Assembly: GCA_040752125.1 (NCBI GenBank)
Contig: JBFMFK010000005.1
Location: 1 to 60,703 of the forward strand
DNA length: 60,703 nucleotides
Direction of reading: 5' to 3'
Origin: Patescibacteria group bacterium
GTDB lineage: Bacteria > Patescibacteriota > Minisyncoccia > UBA9983
Every line of letters begins with the position of its first letter. Position 1 is the stretch's first letter. Positions 37,261 through 44,916 of the stretch are shown here, piece by piece. The notes below the pieces were generated by a model, which was given only the letters and a program-made list of their open reading frames with translations, was not told the origin of the DNA and made no database searches. The position numbers and the translations under genes are program-made.

Positions 37261-38721
37261 ATGAATCAAAGGACGGCTGCGGTTTTGCTGGGAGGGTTTG
37301 TTGCGGGTGTTTTGCTGCGTTCTTTTGTTGATTTCGGCTGGCAGTTTGCCGGCTTTTTTGTTTTGATTGGGATTGTTTTAATAATACTTTCTTTTATAAC
37401 GGAAAGCAGAAAATTATTTTTATTAACCGGCGTTTTCTTTTTTGCCCTGGCTGTCGGTGTGTTGCGTTATGAATTTAAAGATTACAAAAATAAAAATTTA
37501 TTAGAACAAAAAGTTGAGCAAAGAATCGCCATTGAAGGAATTATAGTTGATGAGCCCGATTCAAGAGAAAACTATACAAAATATGTCATTGAATCCGATT
37601 CGCCAGTTGGCGGAGAAAAAATCCTTGTTTATTCTTATCATTATCCTGAATTTCATTATGGAGATAAAATTAGAGCAGCTGGTTTATTAAAGAAACCGCA
37701 AAACATCAATGATTCTTTTAATTGGATTTCTTATCTTGCCAAGGATGACATTTATTATGGAATGATTTATCCGAAAATTGAATTTCTTTCTTCTAGGAAT
37801 GCATCTTTGATCAAAGAGAAACTTTTTACATTAAAAGAAAAATTTATCGGCAATATTAATAAAGTAATACCAGAACCACACTCTTCTTTTATGGGGGGGA
37901 TAACAGTTGGAGCGAGGCAGAGCATTCCTAAAGATTTGGTGGAGGATTTCAGGAAAACAGGTATAGTTCATGTTATTGTACTTTCTGGTTATAACATCAC
38001 TTTGGTGGCTGACACCACTATGAAAATTTTCAGTTTTTTGCCAAGGGTCGTGGGAACAAGTTTTGGTGTTTTAGGTATCGTCCTTTTCACCATAATGACA
38101 GGTGCTGGAGCAGCTACGGTAAGGGCTTCTATTATGGCGCTTTTAATTGTTCTTGCAAAGACAACAGGAAGAATCTACAGTATCATCTGGGCTTTAATTG
38201 TCACTGGGTTTTTGATGATTTTACACAACCCCAAAATTCTAGTTTTTGATACTGGATTTCAACTTTCTTTCTTGGCAACCCTATCTCTAATTTATTTAGC
38301 GCCTCATTTTGAGCAAAAATTGAAATTTATTACGAAAAAATGGAAATTGCGCGAAATTGCTTCCGCGACTCTAGCAACACAGGTTTTTGTTTTGCCTTTG
38401 TTACTTTATAAAACAGGATTACTTTCTCTGGTTTCTTTGCCCGTTAATCTTTTAATTTTAATTTTTGTGCCAGTCACGATGTTTTTTGGTTTCATTACCG
38501 GAGGCCTCGGAATGATAAGTCATCTTTTAAGTATTCCCTTTGGCTGGATTAGTTATGTTTTTTTGCAATATGAACTTTGGATTGTAGAATGGTTTGCTAA
38601 GTTATCTTTTTCGTCATTTACTATTTCTAATTTCCCATTAGGATTGACGCTGGGTGTGTATACAATTTATGGATGGTGGATTTATAAAATAAAAAAAGAG
38701 AATCAAAAGAATAAAAAATAA
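37261..38721 (+). CDS. comEC: ComEC/Rec2 DNA-uptake channel (OB/DUF4131 plus competence membrane domain only)
   Basis: Polytopic protein with ..GIVHVIVLSGYNITLV.., TGAGAATVRASIMA and FQLSFLAT motifs. The start is at MNQRTAAVLLGG (37261), 7 nt after CATAAT. Confidence 0.8.
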   Translation: MNQRTAAVLLGGFVAGVLLRSFVDFGWQFAGFFVLIGIVLIILSFITESRKLFLLTGVFFFALAVGVLRYEFKDYKNKNLLEQKVEQRIAIEGIIVDEPDSRENYTKYVIESDSPVGGEKILVYSYHYPEFHYGDKIRAAGLLKKPQNINDSFNWISYLAKDDIYYGMIYPKIEFLSSRNASLIKEKLFTLKEKFIGNINKVIPEPHSSFMGGITVGARQSIPKDLVEDFRKTGIVHVIVLSGYNITLVADTTMKIFSFLPRVVGTSFGVLGIVLFTIMTGAGAATVRASIMALLIVLAKTTGRIYSIIWALIVTGFLMILHNPKILVFDTGFQLSFLATLSLIYLAPHFEQKLKFITKKWKLREIASATLATQVFVLPLLLYKTGLLSLVSLPVNLLILIFVPVTMFFGFITGGLGMISHLLSIPFGWISYVFLQYELWIVEWFAKLSFSSFTISNFPLGLTLGVYTIYGWWIYKIKKENQKNKK

Positions 38722-38728
38722 TAAAAAG

Positions 38729-39583
38729 ATGGAAAATTTTAAAAAAAATTTTAAGTATTTCTTTGTCGGATTATTATTTTCAGTAACAATTCTTGTCTGG
38801 TATGCTGTTTTTGCAGAGACAAGGGACAGACTAATTGTGGCATTTTTAGATGTAGGACAAGGGGATGCAATTTTTATTCAGGCACCGAATGGCAATCAAA
38901 TTTTGTTGGATGGAGGACCAAACAAAATGGTTCTGCGCGAACTCTCAAAGGTTATGCCCTTTTATGACAAATCTATTGATGTAATTATTGAATCTCATCC
39001 CGACAATGATCATATCAATGGATTAGTTGATGTTTTAAAAAGATATAAAGTGGGGTTAACTATGGAATCAGGGGTAGAGAGTGATAATGCGGCCTATCAG
39101 CAAATTAAAGATATTATTAAAGAAAAAAATATTAAAAATATTCTGGCTCGTCAGGGAATGCGTATAAATATGGGTAACGGAGCATATCTGGATATTTTGT
39201 TTCCAGACAGAGATGTCTCCAGTTTAGAAACTAATTACGCTTCTGTTATTGCAAAATTAAATTATGGCAACAATTGCTTTATTTTCACTGGCGATGCGCC
39301 AAAATCAATAGAGCAGTATCTTGTTTCCATCTATAAAGAAAATCTGCAATGCGACGTGTTGAAAATCGGTCATCACGGTTCTGACACTTCCACCTCAGAA
39401 TCTTTTCTGGGTTATATAAATCCGCAATATGCAGTAATTTCTGTCGGCGAAGATAATAAATACGGCCACCCGCGCCAAGAAATTATTGATTTGCTAAACC
39501 AGTTTAAAATCAATATTTTACGCATTGATGAATCTGGTACAATAGAATTAAAATCTGACGGAGAAAATTTGATCGTCCAATAA
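38729..39583 (+). CDS. ComEC-type metallo-beta-lactamase domain encoded as a separate membrane-anchored protein
   Basis: LDVGQGDAIFIQ, SHPDNDHINGL, GDA and IGHHGS motifs, corresponding to the C-terminal domain of full-length ComEC. Confidence 0.8.
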   Translation: MENFKKNFKYFFVGLLFSVTILVWYAVFAETRDRLIVAFLDVGQGDAIFIQAPNGNQILLDGGPNKMVLRELSKVMPFYDKSIDVIIESHPDNDHINGLVDVLKRYKVGLTMESGVESDNAAYQQIKDIIKEKNIKNILARQGMRINMGNGAYLDILFPDRDVSSLETNYASVIAKLNYGNNCFIFTGDAPKSIEQYLVSIYKENLQCDVLKIGHHGSDTSTSESFLGYINPQYAVISVGEDNKYGHPRQEIIDLLNQFKINILRIDESGTIELKSDGENLIVQ

Positions 39584-39682
39584 ATGTTACCATTTAGAAG
39601 CGATCGCATTTATCTGGCAACATTTATTATTATCATTTTTACTCCGTTTGCAATAGAAGAAAAAAATTTTTAGAATTAGTAC

Positions 39683-40153
39683 ATGAAAGAAGAAAAAACT
39701 TTAATTATTATTAAACCGGATGCCTTGCAGAGAAGTCTGCTGGGTGAGATTATTCATCGATTTGAAAGAAAGGGGTTGAAAATTATGGGAATGAAGATGA
39801 TTCGGCTTGGAGATGCATTATTAGATGAACATTATTGTCATCATAAAGGCAAACCCTTTTTTGAATCATTGAAAAATTTTATGAAATCTGCGCCAGTGAT
39901 AGTAATGGTTTTGTCTGGTTTAAATGCCGTAAATGCAGTGCGCCTTATTGTCGGCCCGACCAAGGGATATGAAGCTGATGCCGGAAGTATTAGGGGTGAC
40001 TTTTCCATAAGCGGTCAGGCAAATATTGTTCATGCTTCTGATTCTAGAAAAACAGCTGAGGCAGAGATTGAAAGATTTTTTAAAAAAGAGGAGCTTTTTG
40101 AATATAAAAAAGCAGATTTTGAATTTATTTATGGAGAAGAAGAAAGGGGATAA
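39683..40153 (+). CDS. ndk: Nucleoside-diphosphate kinase
   Basis: TLIIIKPDA, GPTKG..A..GSIRGDF and NIVHASDS active-site region. Confidence 0.9.
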   Translation: MKEEKTLIIIKPDALQRSLLGEIIHRFERKGLKIMGMKMIRLGDALLDEHYCHHKGKPFFESLKNFMKSAPVIVMVLSGLNAVNAVRLIVGPTKGYEADAGSIRGDFSISGQANIVHASDSRKTAEAEIERFFKKEELFEYKKADFEFIYGEEERG

Positions 40154-40225
40154 TGGGTGGATAAACAGTTGAGATATTGCTGATAAAATGTTGCTAAAAA
40201 GATACGATTTGATATACTATAATCA

Positions 40226-40386
40226 GGTTATTGGAGAATACTTCTAGATCAAATAATCATTTTTGGGAGCTCTATATCCTGCTGATCTGCGGATTGGCAA
40301 TGCGGGCACCCACCTGGCATTTGGCTAGGGAAAGTATTACTCCAATAACCAATAGAGTTTTCCCGCCCTTGCGGGATTCTCTTTTT
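40226..40386 (+). ncRNA. Candidate structured ncRNA or cis-regulatory leader of unknown class, with its own -10 box and intrinsic terminator
   Basis: TATAAT at 40218-40223. A ~19-bp closing helix pairs 40226-40244 with 40330-40350, enclosing ~85 nt that includes a UGCG-capped hairpin. Terminator CCCGC-cctt-GCGGG at 40362-40375 followed by a T-rich tract. Confidence 0.4.
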
Positions 40387-40413
40387 ATAAAAAAATATTA
40401 AAATCTAATATTA

Positions 40414-40851
40414 ATGGATGATAAAAATAAATACCGTTTATTTTTGCTGTTTTCTCTTGTCTTTATTTTTTTTCTTCATGCTGTTGCAACATATTTTTAT
40501 CTTTACTGGATACTATGGTATCTTGATGATCTTTTACATTTTTTAGGAGGAGTTTGGCTTGGTTTGTTTGCTAGTTGGCTTCTTTTTCTTTCAGGGAAAA
40601 TTAATATTCAAACATCAAATTTTTTTATCATTATAATAATTTTAGGCATCAGTGCTCTTATTGGGCTTCTTTGGGAATTTTCAGAATTTTTATTGGATAA
40701 ATTATTGTCTATCATTAATATCGGTCGTGTTCATTTTTTTCAGCCAAGTATTGAAGATACTATGATTGATTTATTTTCTGATCTGTTGGGCGGCATCGTT
40801 GCAGCTATGTTTTTTTTGAAAAACAAAAGAAGGTATGGACAGCAACCTTAA
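40414..40851 (+). CDS. Small 4-TM membrane protein of unknown function
   Basis: Hydrophobic 145-aa ORF with conserved-looking H/E/D positions (LLHFLGG, WEFSEF, DTMIDLFSD). No family assigned. Confidence 0.45.
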   Translation: MDDKNKYRLFLLFSLVFIFFLHAVATYFYLYWILWYLDDLLHFLGGVWLGLFASWLLFLSGKINIQTSNFFIIIIILGISALIGLLWEFSEFLLDKLLSIINIGRVHFFQPSIEDTMIDLFSDLLGGIVAAMFFLKNKRRYGQQP

Positions 40852-42202
40852 ACTGTATTTTTTTGGCGGCGCCCAAGAAGTTACAGGGGCGTGTTATCTT
40901 TTAGAAGCCGAAGACGAAAAGATTTTGATAGATTGCGGCTTGTTTCAAGGTTTAAAAATCAATGAGGATAAAAACTATGAACCCTTCGGTTTCAACCCCA
41001 AAGAGATCAGTGCTGTTTTAGTAACACATGCACATTTGGACCATGTCGGACGGATTCCTAAATTATTTAAAGAAGGATTTAGAAATAAGATTTTTTCAAC
41101 ACCACCCACCCGGCCTTTAGCCAAATTGATTTTATTGGATAGTCTGGGAGTGATGGAAAAAGAAATGAGAAAAGATAAGAGAGATGAGAATCTTTATGAG
41201 GAAGCAGATATAAACAAGGCCATAGATCTCTGGGAGATTAAGGATTATCATCAAGATTTTAGGATTGGCGAATTTGAAATTGTTTTTAAGGACGCGGGTC
41301 ATATTTTAGGATCTTCAATCATAGAAGTAAAATATAAAAACAAAAAAATTGTTTTTACAGGAGATTTAGGTAATCCTCCTAACCCCCTTTTGAAAGACAC
41401 AGAAAAAATTATTGATGCTGATTACTTAATTATTGAAAGTACTTATGGAGATAAGACGCACGAGAAGATAGAAGAGGCAAATTTAAAACTGGAAAGAATT
41501 ATAGAAGATAATGTCCACAAACAAGGAGTTCTGATGATACCGGCATTATCTCTAGAGCGGACGCAAAAGATTCTTTTTGAAATCAATAATTTAGTTGAAA
41601 ACGGCAGGATTCCGCGGGTTTCTGTCTTTTTGGACAGTCCCTTGGCCATCAAGGCAACGGAAATTTATAAAAAATATCAAAATTATTTTAATGAAAATGC
41701 CAAAGAAATAATTCTTTCCGGAGATGAATTATTCGTCTTTCCTGGATTAAAGAACACTCTTTCAAGTCAGGAATCAAAAAAAATTAATAATGTGCCTCCG
41801 CCTAAAATCATCATTGCTGGCTCGGCTATGTCTAATGGAGGAAGAATTCTACATCACGAATACTCATTTCTTCCTGATGACAAAAATACACTCTTGCTCA
41901 TTTCTTATCAAGCAGTCGGGTCTTTGGGTAGATTTTTAGAGGAAGGAGCGAAATCGGTAAATATTTTCGGCGAAAATATCCCAGTCAGGGCTGCTGTAGA
42001 AAAAATACAGGGATATTCTGCGCATCCTGATATCAATGGTCTTACAGATTTTGCCCAGAATACAGCAGATTCTTTAAAAAAAGTTTTTGTTGTCCAGGGC
42101 GAGCCAAAAACTAGTCTGTTTTTTGTTCAAAGATTAAAGGATTGTTTATGCTTGGACGCCGTTGCTCCAAAACTTGGCGAATCATTTGAACTTCAGTTAT
42201 AA
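40835..42202 (+). CDS. Metallo-beta-lactamase / beta-CASP RNA-metabolising nuclease
   Basis: HAHLDHVGRIP (HxHxDH), beta-CASP region, and a C-terminal ..GYSAHPD.. motif. Confidence 0.8.
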   Translation: MDSNLKLYFFGGAQEVTGACYLLEAEDEKILIDCGLFQGLKINEDKNYEPFGFNPKEISAVLVTHAHLDHVGRIPKLFKEGFRNKIFSTPPTRPLAKLILLDSLGVMEKEMRKDKRDENLYEEADINKAIDLWEIKDYHQDFRIGEFEIVFKDAGHILGSSIIEVKYKNKKIVFTGDLGNPPNPLLKDTEKIIDADYLIIESTYGDKTHEKIEEANLKLERIIEDNVHKQGVLMIPALSLERTQKILFEINNLVENGRIPRVSVFLDSPLAIKATEIYKKYQNYFNENAKEIILSGDELFVFPGLKNTLSSQESKKINNVPPPKIIIAGSAMSNGGRILHHEYSFLPDDKNTLLLISYQAVGSLGRFLEEGAKSVNIFGENIPVRAAVEKIQGYSAHPDINGLTDFAQNTADSLKKVFVVQGEPKTSLFFVQRLKDCLCLDAVAPKLGESFELQL

Positions 42203-42211
42203 TTTAAGAAA

Positions 42212-42790
42212 ATGGAAAAGAGCGAAAAACACCCCCATTTTAAAATAAAAATTTGTGTTTCAGGCGCTGCAGATACCACCTACTGCGGTGACAATGCTCT
42301 AGAAAAAGGAAGAGAGCTTGGCAGAGAGATTATCCGTCAAAATGCAATACTGGTAACAGGTGCCACAACCGGTTTTCCTTTTTGGGCAGCAATGGGTGCA
42401 AAAGAAGAAAAAGGCTTGTCTATTGGTCTTTCTCCAGCTTCTTCTGAAAAAGAACATGTGGAAGCTTATGGTTTGCCATTGGATTATCTTGATGTAATAA
42501 TTTATACCGGTTTCGGCTATTCAGGAAGAAATTTACTTCTGACAAGATCTGCGGATGCGGTGATTGTTGGTTGTGGAAGGATAGGCACGATCAATGAGTT
42601 TACAGTAGCCTTTGAAGATAATAAGCCCACAGGTGTCTTGCAGGGAGATTGGAAGACAGATGAAATGATTGATAATATTTTAAGAGAGGCGCATCGGGGA
42701 TGCGGCAAGGTTGTTTTTGATTCTGACCCCAAAAGAATGGTGGAAAAGTTGATTGAAATAGTAAGACAGGAAAAATCAATCAATAGATGA
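42212..42790 (+). CDS. Rossmann-fold SLOG/LOG-like (TIGR00725-like) protein
   Basis: KICVSGAA...LVTGATTG...IVGCGRIGTINEF pattern. Family assigned by eye only. Confidence 0.5.
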   Translation: MEKSEKHPHFKIKICVSGAADTTYCGDNALEKGRELGREIIRQNAILVTGATTGFPFWAAMGAKEEKGLSIGLSPASSEKEHVEAYGLPLDYLDVIIYTGFGYSGRNLLLTRSADAVIVGCGRIGTINEFTVAFEDNKPTGVLQGDWKTDEMIDNILREAHRGCGKVVFDSDPKRMVEKLIEIVRQEKSINR

Positions 42791-43956
42791 TAAAACTTTA
42801 CATAACTGGCATTGGCATGATGATCGGGATGATTTTTGGGGCAGGTATTTTTGCCTTGCCTTATACCTTTTCTCAAGCCGGCCTTTTTTGGGGCAGTGTT
42901 CATTTTCTTGTCGCTTTCGTGATTTTGGTTTTTTTGCATTATTTATACGGCGAGGTGGCTTACTACACCAAAGGCAGGCATCGCTTTACTGGCTATGTGG
43001 AAATATTTTTAGGAAAGAAAGCGAAATTTTTCGCTTTTTTAACCACTATCGCTTCTTATTATGGCACTCTGCTTGTTTACGGCTTGTTGGGCGGTTTGTT
43101 TTTTTCTAATTTTTTGAACGGGGCGCATAAAAACACAATATCTCTTTTGTTTTTTGTTGCGGCTGGCCTAATTCTGCTTCTGAGAATGGCTAGAATAGCG
43201 GAAATCAATTTTTATCTCACCATCCCTCTTTTTGGCTTTATTATTTATCTTCTTTTCGTTGCTGTGCCCTCCATAGATATAGAAAATTTTTTATCAAATA
43301 TCAATTTTGGTTTTAGCAATAATTGGTTTTTGCCTTATGGTGTGTGGCTTTTCGCTTTGGGTGGTTTTGCCGCTTTGCCAGAGACGCGAGATATTTTTTC
43401 CGGCCATGGCTTGAGGCATTTTAAAAAGGCGATTTTTATCAGTTTAGTTGCTTCTGCAGTTTTTTACTTTTTATTTATTTTCGCTGTCTGGGGTGCAAGC
43501 AACAACAATACAACCGGAGACGCTCTTTCTGGATTGGCAAAAGTTTTAGGCCCAAAAGCCCTGATGATCGGTTCTCTTATCGGCTTTTTGGCAGTTTTTA
43601 CCTCCTATCTGGCCTTGGCTATTGATACGGAAAATATCTTTAGGTTTGATTATAGAATTAAAAAATTTTATGCCTGGTTTTTGACCGTTGTGCCGCCCAT
43701 CCTGCTTTTTTATCTTGGAGCAACAAATTTTGTAAAAACTTTAGGCATTATCGGCGCCATTGGTTTAGGTACGTTGGGAGTTTTTATTATTTTTATGGCA
43801 AGGAAATTGAGAAAAATAATAAAAGAAGGGGACAAATCAGACATTTTAATTCCTTTGGAAGGTGAATACATGAAGCCATCAAGAGCGCTCCAGATAATTG
43901 TTCTGGCAGGTGTCATATTCGGTGCTCTCCTCGAACTCTGGCAATTGCTTTTCTAA
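42787..43956 (+). CDS. Amino-acid permease-like transporter (aromatic amino acid/Trp-Tyr permease-like)
   Basis: About 11 TM segments and an N-terminal GAGIFALPYTF motif. Confidence 0.55.
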   Translation: MIKLYITGIGMMIGMIFGAGIFALPYTFSQAGLFWGSVHFLVAFVILVFLHYLYGEVAYYTKGRHRFTGYVEIFLGKKAKFFAFLTTIASYYGTLLVYGLLGGLFFSNFLNGAHKNTISLLFFVAAGLILLLRMARIAEINFYLTIPLFGFIIYLLFVAVPSIDIENFLSNINFGFSNNWFLPYGVWLFALGGFAALPETRDIFSGHGLRHFKKAIFISLVASAVFYFLFIFAVWGASNNNTTGDALSGLAKVLGPKALMIGSLIGFLAVFTSYLALAIDTENIFRFDYRIKKFYAWFLTVVPPILLFYLGATNFVKTLGIIGAIGLGTLGVFIIFMARKLRKIIKEGDKSDILIPLEGEYMKPSRALQIIVLAGVIFGALLELWQLLF

Positions 43957-44027
43957 ACGTAAACGACTTACGATGTCGTTTATCGCGTTTATCGTTATAT
44001 TTCCTAAAAATTATTTGTAAATTCTCC

Positions 44028-44036
44028 TGTGGATAA
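44028..44036 (-). promoter_or_regulatory. Perfect DnaA-box consensus (TGTGGATAA on the plus strand) abutting a TATAAT box
   Basis: Exact 9-mer. The -10 box is at 44038-44043 and the ATG at 44052. Confidence 0.3.
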
Positions 44037-44051
44037 GTATAATTGAAGGTA

Positions 44052-44909
44052 ATGAAACAGGGAGGATTACAAAGATCAATTAATTCCCTCAAGGATTATT
44101 TCTCAAAACGAGACGATATTTTGATGGCTTTTATTTTTGGTTCGCAAGTCAGAGGTAAAACAACACTGGAGTCCGATTTTGATATAGCCGTTTACTTTAA
44201 ACCGAAAAGTGGACGATTAGAATACGAGGATGATGTTTTTTATGACCAGGAAACAGAAATTTGGAATGACCTTGAGAAACTTTTGAGAAGCAAAGTGGAT
44301 TTTGTTGTTCTGAACCGATTACCATCTGTTTCTGCTTTCCCAATTATCAATAAGGGTATACCAATCATCATTAAAGATAGAAAAATATATCTTGATTTTT
44401 TATTACGTGTAAGTTCCCTGGCGATTGATTTCAGGGAGTTTATGAGAGATTTTGTGGCAATCAAAGCACGCTCGCACTCACTGAGCATAGAAGATAAAGA
44501 TAATCTTATTAAAATAGTCAATTTTCTAGAAAAAGAATTGATGGATTCTGAAGAATATGAAAAACTTGATTTCAGGACATACAAATCAGATGCTAAAAAA
44601 AGAAGAAGTGTTGAGCGATGGGTGGAAAACATCGTAAATGCGTCAATTGATATTGCCAAGATTCTTTTGGCTTCAAAAAAACAACAACTCCCAGACACTT
44701 ATGTTGATACCGTAAACCTCTTGTCGATTTTGGAGGAATTTGATGAAGAAATATCCAAAAAAATGGCTTCTTTTGTAAAGTTAAGAAATTTGATGGCACA
44801 TGAATATTTAGACTTGCGTTTCAGTCAAATTCAGGAATTTATCAAAGAAGCGAAAAAGATTTACGGTTATTTAATTGAATACGCCGATAATTTTATTAAG
44901 AAAAATTAA
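44052..44909 (+). CDS. Single-chain fusion of an MNT nucleotidyltransferase domain and a DUF86-type HEPN domain
   Basis: N-terminal FIFGSQVRGKTTLESDFDIAVY (GS..D.D). C-terminal ..RWVENIVNASIDIAK.. and RNLMAHEY (R-x4-H). The start is at ATG 44052; the track starts at TTG 44043. Confidence 0.7.
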   Translation: MKQGGLQRSINSLKDYFSKRDDILMAFIFGSQVRGKTTLESDFDIAVYFKPKSGRLEYEDDVFYDQETEIWNDLEKLLRSKVDFVVLNRLPSVSAFPIINKGIPIIIKDRKIYLDFLLRVSSLAIDFREFMRDFVAIKARSHSLSIEDKDNLIKIVNFLEKELMDSEEYEKLDFRTYKSDAKKRRSVERWVENIVNASIDIAKILLASKKQQLPDTYVDTVNLLSILEEFDEEISKKMASFVKLRNLMAHEYLDLRFSQIQEFIKEAKKIYGYLIEYADNFIKKN

Positions 44910-44916
44910 AAATCCG

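Noticed and set aside
40226-40350. Interpreting the clamp-shaped RNA as SRP (4.5S) RNA or 6S RNA.
   Set aside because: On the terminator-consistent plus strand there is no GNRA tetraloop flanked by the AGG...AGCA helix-8 motifs. The reverse strand has only a weak resemblance (GCCAA..GCAGAU) and lacks a terminator. At ~125 nt it is short for 6S RNA, and no central bubble is evident.
43961-43995. Hairpin and CGTTTATCG direct repeat after the permease gene as a terminator or regulatory repeat.
   Set aside because: The stem is short and A+T-rich, no U-tract follows it, and the 9-mer repeat occurs only twice. Evidence is too weak to annotate.
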